64,000 nucleotides of DNA from Spongospora subterranea f. sp. subterranea (Eukaryota), in the NCBI GenBank assembly GCA_049724395.1, contig JAUGWO010000059.1:1-64000 (forward strand), written 5' to 3'. Positions 36,287 to 48,821 of this stretch are shown here, piece after piece. Every line of letters begins with the position of its first letter. Position 1 is the stretch's first letter. The notes under the pieces were generated by a model. The model saw only the letters and a program-made list of their open reading frames with translations, was not told the DNA's origin and did not search any database. A program made the position numbers and the translations under genes.

Positions 36287-37335
36287 GTGTTTTGTATAAT
36301 GAAACTTATAAAACGTTGTCAACTCCCAGATAATAATCACAAAATCGAAATTCACGGAAAACAAGGTAGAACGCGCTTTTGGGTGGTGTTGTGGTCAATT
36401 GAAATGAACGGCATGAGCTACGTCTTGACAGGACCTATGGCTACCCGTAATTTGAACTCAGTTGAATGAGAAAACACTTTCGTTTGCTCATTCACATAAC
36501 TCCGATGAAAACTTGAACAGAATCGAGCTACTAGTCGCGATAATATCACCACCACGTTCCATGTTAAAGTTACATGCAGGAGGGTCTCTGCAACTAGTTA
36601 GAAGGTGCAGGTTCAATTGAGGAAACAGGCTAGACACCTGAAAAACCAATGATTACATTGAAGGTGCCCTGAAACCTTGCAAATATGAGGCTTAAGGAGC
36701 CGACACAGATGAGAATACGAAGAGAGAGTAACTTGTGAATACAATATGGAATTTGGAAATCAGTCATTCCAACATGGAAACGATGCTCCAGGGTCATAAC
36801 ATCTCATTTTTCTCACCGCTTCATATACAGAAGGCCGCTCGCCCTTGGAGAGTACGACATGTGGAATATGGACTCAGTACTGTAGCTGAAGATCCTACCA
36901 CCACCCAATCTTCCTCCCTAGAACTTCAACTTTAAAAATTCTCGCTTGCCTATAAGAAAGATGATACCGCTCTACTCAAAGTTGGCACTTGAAGACAGAA
37001 TCGGATTTCATACCAATTAACTATATTTGTAGGGTGCTGTTTTAACGCAACCACAAAGGCTAGACCCAATAATTACTCAATAAACGCCCATATTGTTTTT
37101 TAAGGAAATTGTACGATGAACGCAGTCATATGGCGCTACAGAGAAACATAGAAATGGACATAATCAGAGTGTGATCATGAACAAGCAGATCTGTGATGAG
37201 GATGTGTGCGACTGTCCACCTGTCACCGCTCCATGAAAAAACTTTTCAGCAATTTTTGAAGGAAAAAACTGCGCGACAGTGACTGTTAGCGCGACGGAGT
37301 CCGCCAAAGAGACATCGTCTCAGGCAAAGGCTGCG

Positions 37336-39680
37336 ATGAAGGTAAAGGCGTTGACCAGGTCAACATGTTCATATGTTGGGCGATCTGGTGACGTATGGCG
37401 TGTGCCCCGTAATCCATCGCCGGAATTGCACCCGTTCCACCGAGAACGTGAGTATAATCGCGCCCTGCAGGCCACCAAGCTCGATAAACTGTTGGCGAAA
37501 CCGTTCCTGGATGCATTTGACGACCACAATGACGCGGTTCATGTCATGGCGACTCATCCTAGGCAATTGACTGCACTGTATTCGGGGGCATGTGATGGTG
37601 AATTGAAATCCTGGCACCTTGGGTACATACATTATCTGATACTGCATTGATTTATATCACCATTACTCGACCATCAATATTGAGTACACATCATTCCGCC
37701 TCTATATCTTTTGTGTTCATATTTTCTAGGGCTGTGTTTTTCTCAATATACCTTGTCCTAACAAGCTATTCACCGTTTAATTCCTTTTCGCAATTACTTT
37801 GCTTTTTTGGTGCCTCGTCACATTGTTTCTCTTGACATCGCTTGTTTGTTTTCGTCATATTGTGGTTTTTCGCAACAATTCATTCTAAGCTGTTACTCTG
37901 AGACACCGAGTACCTTCAATGTCGACTTTTTCCAACAATATATGTTCGTTATTCAGGAATCGTTGCCAGAGCTGGTCTGTAGTCGCACATGACGGTTTTG
38001 TTCGCGGTCTTGCCTGCACACATACCGGGGATCGCCTCCTATCCTGTGGCACTGATAGGACTGTTAAAATCTGGGACACACATCACGTACGGCGCCCGTT
38101 ATCGCCGGCAGATCATTCACTGATGCATATCCTACAGGACGACATGGTTGACGGATCGCGGAACATGTCGCCGTTGAAGACCTTCATGGGTTCGTCCCCA
38201 TTCACATCTATTGACGCGCATTGGCGTGATCAATCAATTGCTGTCACCACCGGATCTCAGGTACATTTCCCATTATTTGTCGTTCGGGGTTTGCGGATCT
38301 CAATCATTCGCTCTGACCTCAGGTCGACGTTTGGAGTTTGGAACGATCAGAGCCGTTGCACTCGTTTAAGTGGGGCGCCGATACGGTATCCTGCGCCCGA
38401 TACAGTCGCGTTGAGTGCGATGTGCTGGGATCATGCAGTTCTGACAGAGCTGTCACACTTTATGATGTTCGCATGCGGACGCCAATTCGCAAGATTACCC
38501 TGCAGATGCAGTCTAATGCTCTGGCTTGGAACCCTATGGAAGCCTTTAATTTTACAGTTGCTAATGACGACTCCAATCTGTAGGCCGATTGCTATTTTAT
38601 CTTGTTTCTCCACGTCTTTGTGCTCCTGTTTGTACAGACCTTCCTTTTGCATTGGCTGGTTACCCCTTGGTCAAATTTATTTTGCATTCGCATTTCTTAT
38701 TGCCAATTAACCATATTTTGTGTGCTGGCGATTGTGTTTACGGTCGTTCAGTTATACGTTTGATATGCGCAAGTTGGACATTGCTCGAAACGTTCACAGT
38801 GATCACGTCGCTGCCGTCATGTCCGTTGATTACAGCCCCACCGGCCGGTACGGTATCTCAGTTTTCATTGGCGCTGTCGCCATTGACATCACTCAGGGAA
38901 TTAGTCTCCGGCGGATATGATCGCGCCATACGGATCTGGAAAGATGGCGAAGGGCGATCTCGTGAGGTGTACACCGCTCGGCGTATGCAGCGCGTCCACT
39001 CTGTTAAATACTCAGCCGATAACCGGTGCAGTGCTGTTTTAGGAGTATATTGTGGTGCTCTTGCTTACTCGTTGGTTGATCAGTTTCGTGATTTCGGGAT
39101 CTGATGATACTAATATTCGATTGTGGAAGGCGCAAGCGGCTAAAACTCTTCAGGCTGTTCTGCCTCGTGAGGTACTCCCCACTTGGTCGTTCTTCTTTCG
39201 TGCTTGTTGCTAATTGTTGTCGCCTCTGACGCTGCAAATTCCGTTTTTTTACTTTCTTCTGTTCATTCCATGCACCGTTCTCATTTTCATGTTCTCTGGA
39301 TGATCTTACTCAACTGGCGCTATCAATTTGTCCTGGCGCTATCAATTTGTCCAAGAGTTTGACATAATTGTTTCGCCACCAATTTACCTTGCGTTTCCGC
39401 TCAACATATTACTTCTTTCCTGATCATGATCTGTTTCGGTTAGGCCCGACACGCCTCATATACCGACCAATTAAAAACACGGTTCGCGCACACGAAGGAG
39501 ATCCGCCGTATCGCCCGTCACCGTCATCTCCCTGCCACCATCTTCAAGGAGGTCAAGAAGAATCGACTTGTCGCCGACGCTGCTGCCAAGAAAGATCAAA
39601 ATCGTCGAGCCCATTCCAAACCGGGTTCGATTCCGTTCGTACCAAAGAGGCGGAAACACATCGTTCAGATCGACGAATAA
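37336..39680 (+). CDS. SOF1: U3 snoRNP WD40 protein Sof1/DCAF13, multi-exon
   Basis: MKVKALTRS...RNPSPELHPFHREREYNRALQATKLDKLLAKPF; WNPMEAFNFTVANDDSNL; REVYTARRMQRV; SGSDDTNIRLWKA; IARHRHLP; ends PKRRKHIVQIDE-stop. Confidence 0.95.
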
Positions 39681-40726
39681 ACTGTTTCGGTTCTGTTTCA
39701 ACAATTCTTGATTATTAATTGTGCCTTGGTTGTCTGTTAGCTGGAGTACATCTAAGAATCAGGCCAATGCAGTGGTTTTCCTAGTAAATGTCGTTCACAG
39801 GCCTGGTCCTTTTTGTCAAATAATTCGCCGGCAATTAGGCTGACTGCTCATTTATACCTGTTTTCCCCGTTCGTTTCAAACATATTTCAGACCCATGCAT
39901 TATCCGGTTATGGGGACGGCGAACCATCAGCGCGTGATGGTGGAGTAGGGACTCTTCATAACTCTTAAACTATCACACCATTGTTGGTGAATGTCTCAAG
40001 CAAATTTTGAACCTCTTTGCCTTGTCACTGCCCGTCTAAACATTTGTCAGTCATGGCATATGAGTCGAAATTTCACCTTCGTTTTCACCAACTCGACACG
40101 CATTTTCGCTCAGTCCGGCTATTCACGTTTCCGTATTTGACAGTTCTAACCTCAAAATTCGGGACACAATTACGACATCTTTGAGAATTCAAGTCATACT
40201 GAAGCGCCAGGTAATCATGACGAATAAACAGGCCGCACCCCCATTGAGTGAGCCTGACCAGAAACGAAAATTTGGTTCGTGGAGTGACAGAGATGGGCAC
40301 ATGTCACATTGATACCATCAGTACATATCCTCGATTGAGTGACAGTCGTGTTTGACCTGTACGGGCAGCAGAGCCTCCTCTGTGACAGGGACTGGACGGT
40401 TGACGGTTGAGGTTTAGACCAAAACGGCCTCCCAGAGTCGCAGTCATGGGGATAAACTGCTCCGAAGTCCGCAGGTAGAGCATTTCCCCACTGACAAATC
40501 TATTCTCCAAGCCAGATTTTGCCCGTCATGCATTGTTTACCGCAATTAAATTTTGAGTGGGCGCTTCGGCCCGGTCCTCTCGTTCACTTGCCTTGGTGTT
40601 GCGCGTGGCACTGCCGTGTTCAATATAGTTTTCAACAATAGCGCCAGCACCCGTTTCCAGCACGAACGCCTGTTGGCGTCAAACAGTCTTCCCATCTCGA
40701 CCATCCCGGTAGCGTCATCCCCATAA

Positions 40727-41485
40727 ATGGAGCTCGTCCATCCGATCCCGAGTCGGTTTACCTCATCACGGCCGCATCCCATATCATGCCCTATACCGAT
40801 CCATCCCGTTATCGGTCCCCAATCTATGGGCTCATCATCGTCCACGGTCTTCTCACCCTATTTCCTGCATTCTTCGGGCGCGTTTGCTGCGATGGCGCAA
40901 TCTCCAGCCCCACACTACTCCATGTGCAAATCGTTCCAGGACTATCATTACCTGAGTCCCCCATCATCCCCATCATGGCCGCAATGTCCTACTCCCCCAT
41001 CTCGTGCTGATGGATCTCCATCTCCATTATTCACAATCGTGTCTCAACCATCTTCCCTACGCAGGCAAATTCTCCTCCCCCATTCCTCTGGTTCATCAAT
41101 ACAAATCCCCTCGCCTCCTTCGTCTATATCCACCGCTACGCCCTCCACCTCTCCTATTCCACCCTCTGCCCAAACAGTTTTACCCTGTTCCGGTGACAAT
41201 TCTCGTGTCGATCCGCGCCATCTCCACCACTACTCGAACATTCGATTCCAGGGTGTTTACGGGGCGTCATCACCCCTAGATCGTATTCGCGTCTGGCGTG
41301 ATCCAACCGGTCAACGCCTTTACGACTGTGTTTGCGGGAAGCGAATTCCCAACTCATCGCTGCATAAGGTCAAACGCCATGCCTATCGCCACGCCGTCAG
41401 TTCCTACACTTGTCCAACATGTGGGAAGGTGTTTGCAGCTCATTGGTCACTCAACGCCCATTGCCGAATCCACAAATCCGAATAA
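40727..41485 (+). CDS. Intronless C2H2 zinc-finger protein with Pro/Ser-rich N-terminus
   Basis: YDCVCGKRIPNSSLHKVKRHAYRH and YTCPTCGKVFAAHWSLNAHCRIH at the C-terminus. Confidence 0.85.
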   Translation: MELVHPIPSRFTSSRPHPISCPIPIHPVIGPQSMGSSSSTVFSPYFLHSSGAFAAMAQSPAPHYSMCKSFQDYHYLSPPSSPSWPQCPTPPSRADGSPSPLFTIVSQPSSLRRQILLPHSSGSSIQIPSPPSSISTATPSTSPIPPSAQTVLPCSGDNSRVDPRHLHHYSNIRFQGVYGASSPLDRIRVWRDPTGQRLYDCVCGKRIPNSSLHKVKRHAYRHAVSSYTCPTCGKVFAAHWSLNAHCRIHKSE

Positions 41486-41702
41486 TATTGGAAATACTTG
41501 GCTTGGGTTTGTTGATAGACCTGTTGCTCGCCATGTGAATATTTTATTGTTCAAGTATATGTAGTTTCAATTTAATCATATTTTAACTTCCTATTTACAT
41601 AATACAATGATATTTCCCATCATCTGACCACTCATTGCCATTTACACAAAGATATTTCCCCTGATCGGACCGAACCACATTATTCTGTGAATTTTCTGAT
41701 TT

Positions 41703-44700
41703 TTATTTTCTGTTTGATCCTGTAATCGATGATATTCCTCCTCCCGGGACTGTCGTCGCCTCTCCCCCGATTGCTGTTGGATGATCCCCTGCCATGAGCT
41801 GTATCATCGCCGCCGCCGTGCTCTCCTGCTTGATTCGTGCTTTGTTCGATACGGACGGGATACTGAACGCCCGTTCCAGCGAGGCGAGGAACTTTCGCAT
41901 GGGAAGATACGAGAGGAAAACGGTGAAGAACGAGGTCAATACCTCGATGACCATAACCGTTATTTGCAGGAATAATTGTTCGTTCAACAGCGCTGTCCAT
42001 TCTGATTGGGATACACCACGAACAATATAGGCGTTCAACACCCAGGCGTTGGCGTTGATGTCTTCGGCCGAAACCAATGGCGCCACAGAGATGGTGTAGT
42101 ACTCCCCATCGATGAGGGTGTCGGGTTCCGTGTAGATCCCTTCCCGATTATATGCACTGATGATCCCCGTTTGAACCACATCACGTGATGATGGGTCGAT
42201 ATCGACACCGTATTTCACACCATCTCCTGTCTATAACCAGTCCAACATTATTCCACACACCCCAACAATATACTCTTTCAAACAGAAATTCAGTTTCCAG
42301 TGGTGATCCCAAATCATTTGTGCCAAACTCCATTTATCTGATAAAACCTGTCGAAACCACTGGCAACAGAGGTAATCACCGTTTTCTAATCGGTCCTCGT
42401 TTGAGTATCTTGATTTGATCCGACTGCTAACGCTAATAGGATAAACATTGAACAGTGAATGAATCCCTAATCTCAAAATATGAAACTGGAAAACGACAGT
42501 TGTCAGAAATCATATTGCAATGTCCCCGCGTTTAAAATTTGCTTTTCCTCTGACAAGATTCACACACACAAGCAAGTAAAGCTTTGATGACGAACTGTCA
42601 GCGTAGTGGAACAACTGAAACGCAAAGCCGAGAGAGAAACGTGTTACCTTAAGTACTGAGGTGAGTAGCGCCATGTCCCGTTTTGCATCGTCCCAGACGT
42701 ACACGCCTGCATTAAATATACAGAGACATCGAACCGTTTAATCCCATTGATTTATCACGAACAGATCGTCATCCTCAGACCGAAAAATCCCTCGTCCAGG
42801 GAGGCGAGGGACGAATCCCAGACGTCAATGTTGCCATTGACCATGTCGCCAACGACAACCGATCCGACTACATCGCCGGTTATCAGGGAACCGTTCACCT
42901 CTGAATAAACAATAGCGATCGATCAGCAAGAGGGTTAGCGCCAAGATTTCGTCGAGATGGTGTTGCCGAAAATCAGCTGCTCCAAAGATGGCCAGACACA
43001 GTAATGGGAATATGGAGAAGGACGATTAATCGGCACGAGACGATAACTGCCATAATGAAGGGAATGGACCTTGGATATCGGTAATTGTGGAGGCGACTAG
43101 ACGGATGACAACGGGTATTTCACGATCGTGATGAGCTCTTTCCGCAGTCAAGTTGGCGAACCTGGCGAACATCCGCTGGTTCCACAAATCCGTCGTCGTC
43201 AACGACGTCCCCGTCGAGTTCATCATCGCTTCCGAGATCGCCACCGATGGGAACGACCAGCCGACTGACGATGGCGCCGTACTCGCCGTCACCGTCGAAG
43301 ACCTAAACAGCAACAAGATCAAAAGGCGTATTCTGCGACACCATGGACAGAATTACTTGTCCAAGAAACACACGAATTCGACGTGAAACCGTTCGGCTAT
43401 CACATTCAGCTCGTGATTGATTTCCTCGTTGAACTGTCTGTGTTTCATGGCCTGAATAACCCAATCGAATGAAGTGAATCCGTCCAGATAGAACTGAATC
43501 TGGTCCGATTTCGTTGAGACCACGTTGTGCATAAATCGTCCCTGTTTGTGCAAACAACCCGTTTCCTCAGCAACATTCTTAATGCTGCTCTGCTCAAGAC
43601 GGCATCGTGTCTTCAACAGCAATCTCCATGGTAGACCACTCCGATTTCACGAGTCGTTATCGTTGAATTCCAAAATGTTTGAGTTAGCATTTGCTGAAAT
43701 GAATTTCTGTTTTGATCGGGAGACACATTTCCAAGTTCGAAATCGCCAAATAACGTGATCAACGTCAAAGAATTCGAAAATACGGATTGTGGTAGCGTCG
43801 AATGGACGAATTACCTCAGAGGTGGCGGTGGAGAATTCGGAAACGGAGGAGGTCAATAAATGACGATTGACGAAGACCAACCCTAATAGAATGCCTTGAA
43901 TTAGGAATGCTTTCGCCAACGATCCCAACAGGAAGGTCTTGTTGTTTTTCATTCTCCGAACAATTTCGTTGAATTCCTTGATCCTGAGCGAAATGGCGAT
44001 TCAATCAAAATGTCTGACAACGAAGCCGAATTAGTGTACTGTTTCTTTTTGACAGAATCGATCAGCGATCGCATTGGGTTCACGAACCTGAAATCTGAGT
44101 GGAAAAAACAATATAGCACTTCTCAGCACCCAGGGTCAAGTTCCGACCCTTACAAAAACACATAACATGGGAACATGATAATAGCGATATAAAACGCCAA
44201 AATACGATAATCCCATAATTGTTGGGTAATGTGACGAATAACAAATGAGGTAGAAAAACAATCAAACTAACAGGTTTGTTGAAGAGAGATGCAGCCCAAG
44301 AATACGACAAATACGCCAAATGGAACGTGCCAGGCTATGGCCGTCCAGGTCGTCTGCCTTATGGCGGTTTGATGAATGCCAAGGATGTAGACGGAGGCGT
44401 CAGGAATTGGGGAATCCAGTATGGGCCGATCCCCCAATCGTAATCGTGGACATGCGGCGGCAGCGAACTTATAATCCACTCCATCTGGACATGAAACAGG
44501 ATTGAGTTCTTAAAAAGCCAATTGTCACTGACAAATATCGGGCAGAAAACGCCAGTATTGAGTGAAGCCAACCTAAGACTGAAAAGAATTAACGAAACCT
44601 TGTATAACCTTCAGAAATCAGCTTAATGTGCAACTCAATGAACAGGAGGGTAAATAATTAGAAGAAAGTGAGCCATTTACTCAAATAATCGTGAGAAAGT

Positions 44701-46175
44701 GTGGAAAATATTGAAAAACATTGGAAATTGGTTTACAGTAACCTGTAATTTAGATTTCAATCGCAAATATAAAGGGTGGGGAACTGTAAATTAGAGCAGT
44801 GACCAAAACAAAACGGGGCTGAACCCAGACACAAATGGCGATGATGGTGTGAATTACCAATAGTGACGTCGCCGGCAATTGGCGATCCAGATACAGCTAA
44901 GAGCGCGTCGTCCAGTACAGAACTGCCGAACACGTCCTGGACCAGAGGGAATCGGGGATCCTGTTGATCCGTCCCTGGATAGAGGTAGGAATATTGTGTG
45001 GACCATTCCCTTGACTGCGATTGCCGACTACCGATGGCGCTAAACCCTCCTCCACTCTCTCGTGGCGCCGTCCAGAAATCTTTATAGTTTCTTGGCGTTA
45101 TTCCGTGTCCTGACACAGATCAGGGATCAGATTACCGTATTGATGCGCTTTCAGTACCAACAATGACGCAAACAGAATAGAACCAATTCAATCATTCATC
45201 AACAACGCCCATAAACCATCCGAATCTGGTGATTGTATTGTACCTGTTATGATATATCCTTGAGCAGTTGACAGACCACATGTCAGTGGCGTTAGTGTCA
45301 ATTGTGTAAGGGTGGGCTCGGCTCGTTCATACGACGGCAGATCGTGTCCAAACTCGTCGTCGTCCCCGTACTCTGGGGCGTTCATTGTCCGAAACACGTC
45401 CACATCAATCAGGATGGCACCCGACATCTATCGTAAAAAACGGCGATTCACAATCTAAATGGCGATACGATTTACAGCAAATCCGACCTGTTCCCCAGTT
45501 TCAGCGAATCGTTTATGATAGAACTCAACGAATCCCGATGGATTGAAGATTTGTCCCTGATCGGTGTTTAGTGGACCAGACACCACTAAACCATTCGGGT
45601 CCACGATCAACATGAACTCAATCTCCCGGTTCTGCTGCTCGTTCTGCAATCGTTGGCGCATCTCGTTGATGGCTTGCTGATCGGGAGGCGTCGCCAAGCA
45701 CAGGCAGGCCTTGCTCGTGCTGGAATTGTTGGCGTAGCTCATCGCCCCAATGGCCTAACCCGATCGAAAATTAGAAACGGCCAGGAGCGACTCCCTGACG
45801 ATGATAATCACATCGGCGTCGATATGCTCCTGGAATTGATATCGAAGGAAGTTCGATGTGCTGATCGTCTTTGATGTTAGGGCGGTATGCAGGCCCTTGT
45901 TAAGCGACACAATCTGTACGATCAGTGCACAGATCATGATCACATCGCCAAAGATGATTATCGCACACGTTCGCCGTTTTACTCGTTCCAATCGATCAGA
46001 TTGGTGTCTCTGGCCGACACGAACTTAGTGTTGCCGATGGGGTCGGTGCAAGGTGGTGTACCTTCTTCTTCGCCGTTTCCCCGCTGGATGCGTTGCCATT
46101 TGTGGGTGTGATGGTCGTGGCAGATGTTCCAAGTCCAGACCTGGTTGTGGTTTTGTAAGAATCGCCTCCCGCCAT
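41703..46175 (-). CDS. Four-TM protein with two tandem extracellular Cache-like sensor modules and no evident cytoplasmic output domain (~13 exons)
   Basis: Hand splicing with GT-AG introns (approx. 45755-45799, 45428-45487, 45111-45243, 44486-44870, 44096-44272, 43984-44039, 43543-43814, 43303-43356, 42902-43069, 42708-42780, 42228-42648) gives one reading frame; two homologous halves (REIEFMLIVD / FHVEFVCFLD; GGGFSAI / EGFFGVY; IDGVDYKFAA / IDGEYYTISV), each bounded by hydrophobic helices; first exon uncertain (GAG acceptor). Confidence 0.75.
42299..42489. repeat. ~190-bp dispersed repeat, copy 1 (in the last intron of the sensor gene)
   Basis: Near-identical, same orientation, to 46422-46613 (AGTGGTGATCCCAAATCATTTGTGCC...AATATGAAACTGG). 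Confidence 0.95.
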
Positions 46176-46421
46176 CGTGATAAAAAATAACGGGCCCCGA
46201 TCTTCGCCGTACAGTACTTGCCCTTTTTCACCTAAAAGTACAGTTGAGTTGATCGTCCCCTGGAAAGGTTTTATCCACGATTATGTCGATCAACTGTTTG
46301 CTTTCCCTTTTCGGAATGGAATTCTGTTGAAATGCGATCTAATATGGTTCACTGAACATGTGATCGCTGATCATGATGAACTTGATTGGGAATGAGCGAG
46401 TCCTGATCTCGATCGATAGGA

Positions 46422-46613
46422 AGTGGTGATCCCAAATCATTTGTGCCAAACTCCATTTATCTGATAAAACCTGTCGACAACCACTGGCAACAGCGGTAAT
46501 CACCGTTTTCTAATCGGTCCTCGTTTGAGTATCTTGAATTGATCCGACTGCTAACGCTGATAGGATAAACATTGAACAGTGAATGAATCCCTAATCTCAA
46601 AATATGAAACTGG
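46422..46613. repeat. ~190-bp dispersed repeat, copy 2 (upstream of the sensor gene)
   Basis: Near-identical to 42299-42489 with a few substitutions and a 1-nt indel. Confidence 0.95.
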
Positions 46614-46809
46614 CGCTTCCGTCGAACAGCCTGTTCGACGTCATCGCAAATAAACATCATCACGACTGGAACAATTATTTTAGCGGAATGGAGACCGGGA
46701 CTGGAATCCGCTTTATATCCCGCTAATTGATTGTGAAGACGGCATCAATTCTTAACTGACTCGTCACGAGACGCCAAACCCGTCCCGAGATCCTGCCACG
46801 ACCGCCGCC

Positions 46810-47460
46810 ATCATGACCCTTTGCCATCTGTGAACCATTCACAGATGGACGGCAGTGAATTCATCACCGTCATTACTTTCCCCATTAGCCGACAATACGT
46901 TGCGGTCGCGCATCGTACGGCCGAAAGGCATAGAATTCCACTCAACCAGACCTTCCTTCGTCTCAAAAGATATCTTGGGTTTATCTCCTCCGATCGCGTC
47001 TTTCGCCGTTGTCCATCCGTCCAGAGCGACATCCCACGAAGTTCGCCCATGTCCTCCTCCGTTGCCCGCGTCACTTCGCCTGCCGCTTCCACCGCTCGAC
47101 GCCTCATGATGCTAACGTCTGCACCTGGATCGATCGCCGCCTGACCGACCTGACGCTAGCGGACGCGCGCCGGATTGATGACCCGTTGTCAGCGATGTCC
47201 GGATCGATGTGGTTTTCGGTTTTTGACATGGCCTCTGGCGATTGGCAAGTGGAAGTTGATGACGAAGACAAGCGGAATCCGATGCGGTTCGGCTTACGAT
47301 GTGCGCCCGCAACGTACTGTTGGCTAATGGGGAAAAAGGATCGTGGGGATGAGTTCGTATATTGAATCCACACCTTGACAAGCTGACCAGGGCATTCGAG
47401 CGGCTTCTGAAACACGACTTGATTGTCAACCTGGCAAAGACCCATCTGTTTCAGAATCTA
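46810..47460. pseudogene. Two degraded Ty3/gypsy reverse-transcriptase fragments in opposite orientation
   Basis: Minus ~46855-46980: KISFETKEGLVEWNSMPFG..ATYCRLM; plus ~47150-47450: RIDDPLSAMSGSMWFSVFDMASGDWQVEV...MRFGLRCAPATY...HLDKLTRAFERLLKHDLIVNLAKTHLF. Confidence 0.75.
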
Positions 47461-48821
47461 CAACGAACATATGCGAGCGATTGTTCAGCGTTTCTGGTTT
47501 TACATTTTCCAAGAGGCGAGAACATCTGGGCCATCGGATTGACGGCGAGGGAGTCCAGGCCGGGTCGGCGACTGATTAAACCTGTGAGAATCGTGCCCAA
47601 TACCCGGGGACAGAAATCATCGGCAAGAACACTCCAAAAAGGAGATAGTTTCCGGTGCGAGTCAAAAGAATCCAGGAACAGATTAGCGCATTGAACGGCT
47701 GCATTCAGAATTTGGAAAGTCTATCAAATCCTATTCTACCAATGTTATTACCTTATAATGTTTCCAACATGCTGATGAATATCAAAGAACTGATGTAACG
47801 ACTCAATGATCACCTGTGGACTAATCATTACTGCTGAATCAGACGACGAATGGTTCGTGGTTGAGCTGTGGCGCTGCAAATAAGATGAACGAAGCGGGCG
47901 TCCAATCATTACTGCTGAATGACGCAATTGAAACATATTATCATGATGTTCTCGCTCGAACCTATCAGAGGCACAAGCAAATTGCTATGGGGACTAATGC
48001 TGCGGTACATTGGACTCCTACTCGAGATGGATCAAAGATCCGTTGACTGAAATGGACGTCACCATCGTCTTGAAAACGGTCGGAAACTGTTGATATTAGA
48101 CATGATCCAGATTCTGGTTCACGACTGAGGAAAACCCGTAATCAGACCGGGTAAATCATGGGCATCATAAAGAGCTCATGATCAATCCCTCATCAACCCC
48201 AACACCATTTACCTTCGTTGTGTTTTTGACATCGTGACCCAACGGCAACAAACCCGGTTCTGAAGTTTCCCTAACGTTTTCGACGGCATAAAATCTAGTC
48301 ATTGATGAAAATTATGAAATTGTACACAATTTCGACGTAAAAATCTAACTACGACACACACTGCCGTTCGTGAAAGTTTCGTCTTTCGATGAAAATTTCA
48401 GTAAATATTATCCCTCAACTTTTAAAGCCTGTTAAGCTTCTATTATTTTCCTTAAATTTAAATTAACGTCGGTTAGTATTGGGTATGTTCCTCTGTTCAC
48501 ATTGCCGTTCCAGATCGCCTTTAGACATAACTGCGAATATTCACGACCTGAAACTGTAAGGATTGTCATCCAATCATGGAAAATTAGGCAGTGTGGTGTT
48601 TGAGCACCATCACGTCGTTTTAGCACCAAATGCCACAGAAACCGATGCGCTGAGCACCAATATCAGAGAGGATTCAGTTGGAGTAATAGGGCAAGAGGCG
48701 CTCCGGTAGGATTATTGTGAAGATGTTCCGGGGATGATCTCATGTCAATGGCAAAGTCGAATGGGACTGGCGCGTGTCTAAGACGAAAAAAGATTCATTC
48801 TTGGCGAAAGGCGACTCCAGC

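Noticed and set aside
36300..37250. Possible degraded LINE or other TE remnant
   Set aside because: A-rich and coding-like, but no motif could be recognised with confidence
39313..39352. 19-bp tandem duplication CTGGCGCTATCAATTTGTC in a SOF1 intron
   Set aside because: Simple slippage duplication with no sign of function
41703..46175. Two separate pseudogenes, or a bacterial contaminant
   Set aside because: The apparent stops fall inside GT-AG introns and the halves splice in frame; spliceosomal introns exclude bacterial DNA
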